A DNA stretch of 32,000 nucleotides from NCBI GenBank assembly GCA_041178665.1, contig JBEGUW010000009.1, positions 1,474 through 33,473 on the forward strand, in the 5' to 3' direction. A program made the position numbers and the translations under genes. Below the pieces are notes generated by a model. That model was given only the letters and a program-made list of their open reading frames with translations, was not told where the DNA came from and searched no databases. This DNA comes from Bacteroidota bacterium (GTDB lineage: Bacteria; Bacteroidota; Bacteroidia; NS11-12g; UBA955). Every line of letters starts with the position of its first letter. Position 1 is the stretch's first letter. Of the stretch, positions 1-9,003 are shown one piece after another.

Positions 1-33
1 CACCCAATAATTGTAATTAAAAGCCTTTTCATC

Positions 34-2319
34 TTATTTCCCTCCATGAATTAAACAATACATTTGATTAAACACCCGTGACTGAGCAAAATCGCCTCGC
101 CAGCGATGCGAAAATTCTTCTTCTTTTACCTTTATCAACTTACCATCTTTTACATCGCACACAAGCAGAAACTCTTCCCACGACCTATCCGATCCCATCT
201 GATAGTACAAATAATAGGGCAACACAGGGTAAAGCAAACAACAAATGAGTAAGTTACTCATTTTGAACTTTCTACGCAATAATGAAGATTCAATAGACGT
301 GTATGCCAAATAGCGATTCCCCTCACCACCCATCGCCTCGGCAATATATTGAGAATGATACAAAACCATCGATTGGGTATCGTTATTTAGCCGCTCCATC
401 ATGTAATCGTTGATTAACATTTGTCGATTAATCAAGTCGGTTGAAATACCTTGTACGCCCGTAGAGGAGGGTATAATTTCCACGGAAACATCTAATTTGT
501 CGCCACCATCAAGCCAATAATCCACTAACTCTTCACGTTTGTTTGCCTCATCAAAGGGGTCTCGGCTAGAAGTCACTTCGTTTCCTACCGTATATTTGAC
601 ATTGGGCTCCATTAATACCAGGTGATGAAAATCTTTTAACCCTTCAAAGCGCTTTGATTTCTTTTGCGATTTGGCCTCGGTTGTAACAGCGCTAACAGGA
701 AAAACTCTCATCCTGCCCAAATATCCCTGCAATGAGTCCCTATTCAACAAACCATAATAAATGGCCATGAAATAATCGCCGCTCACTACGTTCGCTGCCC
801 TACTCCTTGCAACGCGAGAACGCGGGTTGCGCAATGACCCATCACCTGCCTCGCCTTTGGCTGATGTGCTGTCCAACTTAGCAGCCTCTTCAGCAGGCAA
901 ATAATCAATAAAATCCTGCAAACGAAAATTACAAGCCCCTTGAACCAAACCAAAAACACCTTTGCTCAATTGCTCCATCATCTTATCTCGGCCTGGAACC
1001 CTGGACGAAATTAACCACATTCGCATCGCCGCAAACGCTCCGAAACTCCTCAAATCCATCTCACTAATTCCAACAATCACCGGTCGCCAATCACCACGAG
1101 ATTCCGCCACATTACAACCATATCGATCCAAATCATGTTCCTTCGATTTATGCAGCAATAACCCATACAACGACATCGCCTCCAGCTGGTCTAAAAACAA
1201 ACTTTCTCCATACAAACGACGCATCACGTGTGTGAGATAGAACAATTCTCCATAATCCGCCCGCCGTTCATAAATCAATAACAATTCATGTCGAGCCACC
1301 TTCTGCATATCCTTGAAACGACCTTCACCCACCAAGAAAAATGCCTTTGTCTTCTTGGGTTCTCCATCAATCATATCGCGCAAACGCACTACCCTACGAT
1401 CCAAACTAGGATGGGTTTTATTCTCATCATCACCCTGAGAAACTAAAAATTTCTGATCCTCAATCTCCGCCGCCGCCACCTTCAAAGCCACTGCATCCTT
1501 CAATGTTTTTGGCAATACATACGCGCCGTGCTCAAACGAATCCAAAGACAATTTCATTTCTAAAAATGGATAGTCGCCATACTTTAGCATATCGAATACA
1601 AAAACACCCTCCACCAAATCATAGCCAGAGCGCAACATCATCTGAAAACCCTTCTCATCGGCTTCCATCTCATGATCCTTCGAAAATTGATATAGCGACT
1701 TTAACGATTCATCTTGATCGCGCTTGCCTTTTTGTTTTTCCTGACCAATCCTTTGTTTATAAAGTTGGAGCGAATGCTTCTGTGTGTAATGCTGAATTTC
1801 ATGAGCCAAAATAAAGGCCAACTGACTCTCATTCTCAATCCGGCTAAGTAAACCTACTGTCACCATAACCACGCCATTGCTCGTTGCATAGGCATTCACT
1901 TCCTGGGATTTCAATACATAAAACCGAAGTTCGTTGAGCAAATCCTCTCTCTCATTTGCCTTCAGCAATCTCTCCGCAACGGACTCTACAAATTGTGTTA
2001 GGGGGTCACCATACAAAACACGACCCGACATTAGGATTTCATCTACTCCAAATACTGAGGAAATCGCGTGCTCACTTTCTTGCGATCTCTCCGAGCGCCC
2101 TAAATCTTTATCCAAGACAGCAGTTTCAGCCCGCATAGCTTTACTGGCTGACGTTTCCCTATAATCCGCAGGCATTTCGCCTTCACATTTCAGACCCTTA
2201 TAAAGATTGAAATCAATATTCAATTTAGACGCTTGAGCATACAAATTATGACTCCCAAAGCCTAAAACACCTACCCATAACAAACTTTTGCAAGCCCACT
2301 TTGTCAAGTTTCGCAACAT
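34..2319 (-). CDS. Secreted M48-family zinc metallopeptidase with a roughly 430-aa uncharacterised C-terminal region
   Basis: 761-aa ORF with ATG at 2317-2319. N-terminal signal-like segment (LLWVGVLGFGSHNLYAQ). HExxH zinc motif HEIQH at nt 1789-1803, in the context LAFILAHEIQHYTQKH typical of M48 peptidases. Starts 9 nt after the dnaJ stop. Confidence 0.8.
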   Translation of the reverse strand: MLRNLTKWACKSLLWVGVLGFGSHNLYAQASKLNIDFNLYKGLKCEGEMPADYRETSASKAMRAETAVLDKDLGRSERSQESEHAISSVFGVDEILMSGRVLYGDPLTQFVESVAERLLKANEREDLLNELRFYVLKSQEVNAYATSNGVVMVTVGLLSRIENESQLAFILAHEIQHYTQKHSLQLYKQRIGQEKQKGKRDQDESLKSLYQFSKDHEMEADEKGFQMMLRSGYDLVEGVFVFDMLKYGDYPFLEMKLSLDSFEHGAYVLPKTLKDAVALKVAAAEIEDQKFLVSQGDDENKTHPSLDRRVVRLRDMIDGEPKKTKAFFLVGEGRFKDMQKVARHELLLIYERRADYGELFYLTHVMRRLYGESLFLDQLEAMSLYGLLLHKSKEHDLDRYGCNVAESRGDWRPVIVGISEMDLRSFGAFAAMRMWLISSRVPGRDKMMEQLSKGVFGLVQGACNFRLQDFIDYLPAEEAAKLDSTSAKGEAGDGSLRNPRSRVARSRAANVVSGDYFMAIYYGLLNRDSLQGYLGRMRVFPVSAVTTEAKSQKKSKRFEGLKDFHHLVLMEPNVKYTVGNEVTSSRDPFDEANKREELVDYWLDGGDKLDVSVEIIPSSTGVQGISTDLINRQMLINDYMMERLNNDTQSMVLYHSQYIAEAMGGEGNRYLAYTSIESSLLRRKFKMSNLLICCLLYPVLPYYLYYQMGSDRSWEEFLLVCDVKDGKLIKVKEEEFSHRWRGDFAQSRVFNQMYCLIHGGK

Positions 2320-2328
2320 AGGCGCAAC

Positions 2329-3441
2329 TTAAAACAAATCTTTCAACTTGTCAAAAAACGACTTCTCTTTTGATGAGGGTTTAAAATTCTCGGATTCGGC
2401 CAGTTTTTCTAACAATGCTTTTTCCTCGCTATTCACTTTGGTTGGAACATACACATTCAAGATTACCATTTGATCCCCAGTGCCATATCCATTCAAATCA
2501 GGAAAACCTTTGCCTTTCAAACGCAACATCTTGCCTGGCTGAGTCCCCGCATCAATCTTGATTCTCACCTTGCCATCCAATGTAGGTACCTCAACGCTAT
2601 CGCCCAATGTGGCCTGCGTAAAGCTCAACCACAAATGATAAATCACATTGTTATCCTCACGGGTTAAATCATCATGTGCAATTCCTTCCACCAAAACGAT
2701 CAAATCCCCAGCAGAACCTCCGCCAGGACCATAGTTGCCCTTGCCACTCATGCTCAACTGCATGCCTTCTGCTACCCCACCTGGAATGCGAATGCTCGTC
2801 TCAATTTCCTGCGATATCAAGCCCTGCTCGTTGGCCTCCTTTGGCTTGCTTTCTATCATTTTACCCATTCCAGAACAAACCGGACATGGGCTATTGGTGG
2901 CCATCTGACCTAAAAATGTGTTCTGTATTCTACGAACCGCGCCGGTGCCATTACACTGCTTACAAGTAGCATATTTTACACCTTCGGCTTGTACCATTCT
3001 GCGATACTTTACCGTTTTCTCCACCCCAGCCTTCATCTCGGGAAGCGTCAGTTTTATTTTGATGCGAATATTGGAGCCTGCAGATCTTCTCGACCTACCG
3101 CCGCCACCGCCGCCAAAAAACGAACCAAACACGCCATCATCCCCGCCAAATACATCGCCAAACTGAGAGAAAATATCCTCCATGCTAAAGCCATGCGCAC
3201 CTCCGCCACCACCAGCTCCCATACCCGCATGACCGTATTGGTCGTACCGCTGCTTTTTCTCCGGATTGCTCAGCACATCATAAGCCTCAGCCGCTTCCTT
3301 AAACATCTCCTCAGACTCCTTATCGCCCTGATTTTTATCGGGGTGATACTTGATGGCAAGCTTTCGGTACGCCTTTTTTATTTCTTCTGCCGAAGAACTT
3401 CTAGTGACACCAAGTATATCGTAAAAATCTCTTTTGCTCAT
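2329..3441 (-). CDS. dnaJ: Molecular chaperone DnaJ (Hsp40), with only two CxxCxGxG motifs
   Basis: 370 aa. J domain with HPD (AIKYHPDKNQGD), Gly/Phe-rich linker, CKQCNGTG and CPVCSGMG motifs, and C-terminal substrate-binding domains. Starts 5 nt after the grpE stop. Confidence 0.95.
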   Translation of the reverse strand: MSKRDFYDILGVTRSSSAEEIKKAYRKLAIKYHPDKNQGDKESEEMFKEAAEAYDVLSNPEKKQRYDQYGHAGMGAGGGGGAHGFSMEDIFSQFGDVFGGDDGVFGSFFGGGGGGRSRRSAGSNIRIKIKLTLPEMKAGVEKTVKYRRMVQAEGVKYATCKQCNGTGAVRRIQNTFLGQMATNSPCPVCSGMGKMIESKPKEANEQGLISQEIETSIRIPGGVAEGMQLSMSGKGNYGPGGGSAGDLIVLVEGIAHDDLTREDNNVIYHLWLSFTQATLGDSVEVPTLDGKVRIKIDAGTQPGKMLRLKGKGFPDLNGYGTGDQMVILNVYVPTKVNSEEKALLEKLAESENFKPSSKEKSFFDKLKDLF

Positions 3442-3446
3442 AGGAA

Positions 3447-4013
3447 TTAACTACCAACTACAACCTTAGCAAATCGAATCACCTTGTCATTCAAATAATA
3501 TCCTCTTTCCACATCGTCGATCACCTTGCCTTTCATATCTGGCGTAGGCGCTGGGAACTGTGTGATTGCCTCATGAATCTCTGCGTCAAACACCTCGCCA
3601 ACACTCTCCATGGCTTTCAAACCCGTTTTTTGAAAAATCCCCGCCATTTTCTTATGAATCAAATCAAATCCTTCCACTGCCTTTTTTTCAGTCTCTGACA
3701 AATTTTCCATTGCCTTTAAAGCACGTTCCATATCATCCAAAACTGGCAACAAACTTACTATTAAATCTTTAGAGGCTGTTTGCATCCAATCCAAGCGATC
3801 TTTGGTGGTTCTACGACGGAAATTCTCGAATTCACTGTACAAACGCAAATATTTGTCGCGCTCCTGAGCCAATTGATCGTTCAAATCAACCACTGGCGTT
3901 TCTATTTCCTGCGCAGACGCTGCATTTTCACCATGCCCCTCAACCGCTTCATTCATATTTTCTTGGTCTTTCAAGGGCTCTTCGTTCACCGATTTATCTT
4001 TATTCTTTGGCAT
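3447..4013 (-). CDS. grpE: Nucleotide exchange factor GrpE
   Basis: 188 aa. Acidic N-terminus, coiled-coil segment YLRLYSEFENFRRRTTKD and C-terminal GYYLNDKVIRFAKVVV, characteristic of GrpE. Lies immediately upstream of dnaJ. Confidence 0.95.
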   Translation of the reverse strand: MPKNKDKSVNEEPLKDQENMNEAVEGHGENAASAQEIETPVVDLNDQLAQERDKYLRLYSEFENFRRRTTKDRLDWMQTASKDLIVSLLPVLDDMERALKAMENLSETEKKAVEGFDLIHKKMAGIFQKTGLKAMESVGEVFDAEIHEAITQFPAPTPDMKGKVIDDVERGYYLNDKVIRFAKVVVGS

Positions 4014-4117
4014 TGCTCTCTGCTACTTTCAATTTTATTGCCATTTATTGCAAAATGCCATATTGTCAGATGAACTATTATGAATAATTTGCGTTATTTG
4101 TTTTCATTCACAGCAGC

Positions 4118-4714
4118 ATGTTTACGGGAATCATAGAAAATCAAGCCGAGGTTATCTCAATCAATCAAAATGGTAGCAATGTTGATTTCGTTTTTGAATC
4201 GGCCCTTGCGACTGAGTTAAAAATCGACCAAAGTTTGTCGCACAACGGAGTCTGCTTAACCGTAACCAGCATCGCTGAAAACACCTACACCGTAACTGCA
4301 ATTCAAGAAACCCTGCTGCGTACCAATCTTGGCCAGTTATCACCCAACCAATTTGTCAATTTGGAACGATGCCTACCCGCTAACGGTCGACTCGATGGCC
4401 ATATTGTCCAAGGGCATGTAGATTGTGTGGGCAGCATCGACGAAATCCATGACTTAGATGGCAGCTGGATGATTTTTATTAGCCATCCTGTTGAAGCAGG
4501 ACTCACTGTAACCAAAGGCTCTGTATGCTTAAATGGCGTTAGTCTCACTGTGGTCGATAGCTTCCCCGATGCATTCAGCGTTGCCATCATTCCTTACACC
4601 TGGGAACACACCAATTTATCGAAACTAAACCTAGGCGATAAGGTCAATATTGAGTTCGACATATTAGGGAAATACATGAAAAAAATGTCCGTATCTTTGC
4701 CCCTAATAAAATAA
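4118..4714 (+). CDS. ribE: Riboflavin synthase (alpha chain)
   Basis: 198 aa starting MFTGIIE. Two internal lumazine-binding repeats (SLSHNGVCLTVT and KGSVCLNGVSLTVV). Confidence 0.9.
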   Translation: MFTGIIENQAEVISINQNGSNVDFVFESALATELKIDQSLSHNGVCLTVTSIAENTYTVTAIQETLLRTNLGQLSPNQFVNLERCLPANGRLDGHIVQGHVDCVGSIDEIHDLDGSWMIFISHPVEAGLTVTKGSVCLNGVSLTVVDSFPDAFSVAIIPYTWEHTNLSKLNLGDKVNIEFDILGKYMKKMSVSLPLIK

Positions 4715-4731
4715 GACTGAAACAGCACTTT

Positions 4732-5406
4732 ATGAAACTCCTCTCCTTCCTCTTTACATCCAGTATCGGCAGGAAAGTACTTATGGCGGTCACCGGGTTA
4801 TCCTTGGTGGCTTTTTTGTTGGTACACTGTGGTATCAACGCCTGTATTTTCTTCAACGATGGCGGCGAAACTTTTAACGCAGCCGCAGAATTCATGGCTC
4901 ACAATTGGCTCATCAGATCTGCTGAAGTGGGACTGTTTGGTGGCTTGCTCATCCACATCATTCAGGGATTGGCGCTTACTTTCAGCAATCAAACCAAAAG
5001 GAAAGAAAAATACGGAGCCACTGCCGGCAATGCCAACAGCAAATGGTACTCTCGTAGCATGGGTATCTTGGGAAGTTTACTTTTAATATTCTTGGTGATG
5101 CACCTTAGGCATTTTTGGGTTGTTTCTCGTTTTACCGATGCCATTCAGGAAACTGCAGGTTCTACGTTGTTCGATGAAATGATTATCGTTTTCACCGACC
5201 CAATAGCTGTTTTGATTTATGTAATTGGTTGTATTAGCTTGGCTTACCACTTGTTGCATGGTTTCCAAAGCGCATTTCAATCTATGGGCATCAACCACCC
5301 TGCATATTCGCCTATCATCAAATCGGTAGGTACTGCGTTTTCAATCATTGTTCCACTTGTATTTGCCGCCATGCCCATTGCGATGCATTTGGGTTGGATC
5401 AAATAA
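4732..5406 (+). CDS. sdhC: Succinate dehydrogenase/fumarate reductase cytochrome b subunit (b558-type single membrane anchor)
   Basis: 224 aa and strongly hydrophobic, with about five TM segments and conserved His residues. Directly precedes sdhA and sdhB in the same orientation. Confidence 0.85.
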   Translation: MKLLSFLFTSSIGRKVLMAVTGLSLVAFLLVHCGINACIFFNDGGETFNAAAEFMAHNWLIRSAEVGLFGGLLIHIIQGLALTFSNQTKRKEKYGATAGNANSKWYSRSMGILGSLLLIFLVMHLRHFWVVSRFTDAIQETAGSTLFDEMIIVFTDPIAVLIYVIGCISLAYHLLHGFQSAFQSMGINHPAYSPIIKSVGTAFSIIVPLVFAAMPIAMHLGWIK

Positions 5407-5427
5407 TTTATCGATCATTTCAAAACC

Positions 5428-7404
5428 ATGACACTCGAATCGAAAATCCCAGCAGGTACAGTTGCCGATAAATGGACTCAATACAAGAGTACCGTTCCGT
5501 TGGTGAATCCATCCAATAAAAGACAGTTAGAAATCATCGTGGTAGGTACAGGTCTCGCAGGAGCCAGTGCCGCAGCTACTTTGGCAGAAATGGGCTACAA
5601 AGTAAAAGCCTTCTGTTTTCAAGACAGCCCACGTAGAGCGCACTCAATTGCTGCCCAAGGTGGTATCAATGCTGCAAAAAATTATCAAAACGACGGTGAC
5701 TCAGTGCATCGTTTATTTTACGATACCATTAAAGGAGGAGACTATCGCGCCCGTGAAGCAAACGTGCATCGCTTGGCAGAATGTTCAACTTCTATCATCG
5801 ACCAATGTGTAGCGCAAGGAGTTCCTTTTGCCCGTGAATACGGCGGAACGCTTTCGAACCGCTCTTTTGGTGGAACCCAAGTACAGCGTACGTTTTACGC
5901 AGCAGGTCAAACCGGACAACAATTGTTACTCGGCGCCTACAGCGGTCTAGAACGTCAAGTGGGATTAGGCAACGTGAAAATGTATGCCCGCCACGAAATG
6001 ATCGAAGTAGTAAAAATCGATGGCAAAGCACGCGGAATCATCGCTCGCAATTTGGTAACGGGTGAACTCGAAAGACATTTCGGACATGCCGTGTTGTTGT
6101 GTACCGGAGGCTACGGAAACGTATTCTACCTATCAACCAACGCCATGGGAAGTAACGTAACCGCAGCATGGAAAGCCCACAAAGCAGGAGCCTACTTCGG
6201 AAACCCTTGCTTCACGCAAATCCACCCAACTTGTATCCCTGTTTCAGGTCATTATCAGTCAAAATTGACATTGATGAGCGAATCGTTGCGTAACGATGGT
6301 CGTATTTGGGTACCTAAAAAACAAAACGATGAGCGCCATCCTAACGATATTCCAGAAGATGAGCGCGATTACTACTTAGAACGTCGCTACCCTGCCTTCG
6401 GAAACCTAGTTCCACGCGATATCGCTTCACGTGCCGCCAAAGAACGTTGCGATGCCGGTTACGGTGTAGGTCAAAGCAAAATGGCCGTGTATTTGGATTT
6501 CAAATACAACATGATGCAGCGTTATGGTAGAACCGAAGCCAGCAAGTTAAATATCGCCAATCCAGACGATGAAACCCTTACCCGTTTGGGCAAAGAAGTG
6601 GTGAAAGAAAAGTACGGTAACTTGTTTGATATGTACAAGCAGATCACCGACGAGAATCCATACGAAACACCAATGCGCATCTACCCTGCAGTTCACTATA
6701 CGATGGGTGGTTTGTGGGTTGATTACGATTTAATGACAACGGTTCCAGGTATGTACGCATTAGGAGAGGCAAACTTCTCAGACCATGGTGCCAACCGTTT
6801 GGGAGCATCTGCTTTGATGCAAGGATTGGCCGATGGTTACTTTGTAATTCCTATTACCATTGGAAATTACTTGAACAAAGAAATCCATACAAAACCAATT
6901 TCTACAGATCACGAAGCATTTGTTGCCGCTGAAAAAAATGCCAACGAACGCATTCAACATTTGATGAATATCCAAGGTACTCGCTCCGTGGAAAGTTACC
7001 ACCGCGAATTGGGTCTAATCATGTGGAACAAATGTGGTATGGCCCGCAGCGAAAAGGGTTTGAAAGAGGCAATTGCTGAAATTCAAGCTTTGCGCGCCGA
7101 CTTCTATAAGAATGTACGTATCCCAGGAAGCATCAATGAATTTAACCCTGAATTGGATAAAGCCGGTAGAGTTGCCGATTTCCTTGAATTGGGCGAATTG
7201 ATGTGTGTTGACGCACTGGATCGCAATGAAAGTTGTGGAGGTCACTTCCGCGAAGAGTTCCAAACTGAAGAGGGTGAAGCTTTGCGCGACGACGAAAACT
7301 ACATGTACGTATCCGCATGGGAAAGCAAAGGCGATTCATGGGAACTACACAAGGAAGAATTGAAATACGAAAATATCAAAATCCAACAACGCAGTTACAA
7401 ATAA
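5428..7404 (+). CDS. sdhA: Succinate dehydrogenase/fumarate reductase flavoprotein subunit
   Basis: 658 aa. FAD dinucleotide-binding motif [13 protein letters not shown], the [12 protein letters not shown] region containing the covalent-FAD histidine, and the HYTMGGL motif. Confidence 0.95.
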   Translation: MTLESKIPAGTVADKWTQYKSTVPLVNPSNKRQLEIIVVGTGLAGASAAATLAEMGYKVKAFCFQDSPRRAHSIAAQGGINAAKNYQNDGDSVHRLFYDTIKGGDYRAREANVHRLAECSTSIIDQCVAQGVPFAREYGGTLSNRSFGGTQVQRTFYAAGQTGQQLLLGAYSGLERQVGLGNVKMYARHEMIEVVKIDGKARGIIARNLVTGELERHFGHAVLLCTGGYGNVFYLSTNAMGSNVTAAWKAHKAGAYFGNPCFTQIHPTCIPVSGHYQSKLTLMSESLRNDGRIWVPKKQNDERHPNDIPEDERDYYLERRYPAFGNLVPRDIASRAAKERCDAGYGVGQSKMAVYLDFKYNMMQRYGRTEASKLNIANPDDETLTRLGKEVVKEKYGNLFDMYKQITDENPYETPMRIYPAVHYTMGGLWVDYDLMTTVPGMYALGEANFSDHGANRLGASALMQGLADGYFVIPITIGNYLNKEIHTKPISTDHEAFVAAEKNANERIQHLMNIQGTRSVESYHRELGLIMWNKCGMARSEKGLKEAIAEIQALRADFYKNVRIPGSINEFNPELDKAGRVADFLELGELMCVDALDRNESCGGHFREEFQTEEGEALRDDENYMYVSAWESKGDSWELHKEELKYENIKIQQRSYK

Positions 7405-7422
7405 TCCAATAACAATAAGATT

Positions 7423-8178
7423 ATGAGCAAGTTAATGAAATTAAATCTGAAAGTTTGGCGCCAAAAGAACACCCAAAGCGCCGGAAATTTCGAAGAATAT
7501 AAGGTCGATGCCAGTCCGGACATGAGCTTTTTGGAAATGTTCGATGTCTTGAATGAGCAATTGATCGAAACTGGAAAAGAGCCCGTAGCATTTGACCACG
7601 ACTGTCGTGAAGGCATTTGTGGAATGTGTTCGATGGTGATCGATGGCCGTCCTCACGGACCAAAACAAGGCGTTACCACTTGTCAGTTGCACATGCGTAG
7701 CTTCACCGATGGCGATACAATCACTGTAGAGCCTTGGAGAGCCAATGGATTCCCTGTGATCAAAGATTTGACAGTGAATCGCAGTGCTTTCGACCGCATC
7801 ATTGCCTCGGGTGGATTTGTTTCTACCAATGCGGGTAACGCGGTGGATGCCAACTCTATTTTGGTTCCTAAAGAAATTGCTGATGAGGCTTTTGAGGCAG
7901 CGACTTGTATTGGATGTGGTGCTTGTGTAAGTGCTTGTAAAAACGCTTCGGCGATGTTATTTGTAGGTGCCAAGGTCACTCAGTTGTCGATGTTACCCCA
8001 AGGAAAACCAGAACGCCAGTCCCGCGTGGTTGCCATGGTTAACCAAATGGATGCCGAAGGATTTGGAGCTTGTACCAACACAGGTGCTTGTGCTGCTGAA
8101 TGTCCAAAACAGATTCCATTGAGTGTAATTGCGACATTGAACCGCGAATACATCAGTGCGAAAATGAACGGTAAGTAA
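7423..8178 (+). CDS. sdhB: Succinate dehydrogenase/fumarate reductase iron-sulfur subunit
   Basis: 251 aa. Cys clusters CREGICGMC (2Fe-2S), [11 protein letters not shown] and [12 protein letters not shown] (4Fe-4S/3Fe-4S). Confidence 0.95.
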   Translation: MSKLMKLNLKVWRQKNTQSAGNFEEYKVDASPDMSFLEMFDVLNEQLIETGKEPVAFDHDCREGICGMCSMVIDGRPHGPKQGVTTCQLHMRSFTDGDTITVEPWRANGFPVIKDLTVNRSAFDRIIASGGFVSTNAGNAVDANSILVPKEIADEAFEAATCIGCGACVSACKNASAMLFVGAKVTQLSMLPQGKPERQSRVVAMVNQMDAEGFGACTNTGACAAECPKQIPLSVIATLNREYISAKMNGK

Positions 8179-9003
8179 TTAATCCAAAGGGAATCTCAGC
8201 CCTAACTCTAAGCCAATCTGAGGCGAGAAATACGTTTGAACCCCTTTGTTATTGGGTAACAGGGGAAACAAAATTTTAGGGGAAGCATAAATATGCACAC
8301 CCTTATCCAAATTGTATTCCATCCGCATGGAGGCTGTCAAAAATGCATTGCCCTTAACAAGCGTTGATGGGCTCAATAGCACCCCGGTATCAACCGTTGT
8401 GGCAACATAATCGTTCACCACAAAATCATTCCCTTGAGGCATTTCAAAACCTACGGTGTGAATGCGCAACTCGTGATTCACTTGCAAGGCTGGCATTACA
8501 CCCACCTGATACCATAAACTTGAATTTTGTAATTGGAATCGAGAACCATCAAGTCTTTTTTCGTAAGCGAATAATCCGGCAATGAAACGACTCCGATATT
8601 CATAGTGCACTTGCATCAACCCGGCGCTTACCAAATTGGGATAAATCCCCACGTCTGGATGGATGATGTATTTAAACATCTGTCCTTCTTTTACTCGGGT
8701 AAATCCATTGTTAACCATGGCTACGCCAAATACGAAATTTGAGTATCCGTTGATTTTTTTGTGATAGTTTAGGTCGAAGTTAAAAGTCTTAAGCGAGCGA
8801 TCCGCCTTGGAGAAGGAGTCCCTCAACTGCGATTCCGTGAAGCCCCCGGCCACATCGGGTTGATATCCCACAATCAAAGCGGTGCTCCAATTGGGCGTAG
8901 TAGAAATCGACAGGGAATTAGCCCACTTTTTCTCATTCGGCTGTTGGGCGAGAACTGAACCCACCAAAGCCAATAAACTCAATATTGAAATACTTTTTTT
9001 CAT
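8179..9003 (-). CDS. Hypothetical secreted protein, possibly an outer-membrane beta-barrel
   Basis: ATG at 9001-9003; the ORF-track M1 at 9006 is a TTG. Signal peptide MKKSISILSLLALVGSVLAQ. Gly- and aromatic-rich alternating segments. No family motif recognised. Its start overlaps the MATE stop (TGATG). Confidence 0.55.
   Translation of the reverse strand: MKKSISILSLLALVGSVLAQQPNEKKWANSLSISTTPNWSTALIVGYQPDVAGGFTESQLRDSFSKADRSLKTFNFDLNYHKKINGYSNFVFGVAMVNNGFTRVKEGQMFKYIIHPDVGIYPNLVSAGLMQVHYEYRSRFIAGLFAYEKRLDGSRFQLQNSSLWYQVGVMPALQVNHELRIHTVGFEMPQGNDFVVNDYVATTVDTGVLLSPSTLVKGNAFLTASMRMEYNLDKGVHIYASPKILFPLLPNNKGVQTYFSPQIGLELGLRFPLD

Noticed and set aside
3098-3114. GC-rich microrepeat CCGCCGCCACCGCCGCC
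   Set aside because: It is the complement of the codons for the GGGGGG run in the DnaJ Gly/Phe linker. It is a coding low-complexity stretch, not a DNA repeat element.
2989-3450. 153-aa plus-strand ORF antisense to dnaJ (and other 60-100-aa ORFs at 2470-3166)
   Set aside because: dnaJ is unambiguous on the minus strand, and the antisense frames show no recognisable features.
4014-4117. Possible FMN riboswitch upstream of ribE, or a CIRCE heat-shock operator upstream of grpE
   Set aside because: The region is only 104 bp and AT-rich, which is too short and unstructured for an FMN element. No TTAGCACTC-N9-GAGTGCTAA-like inverted repeat is present.
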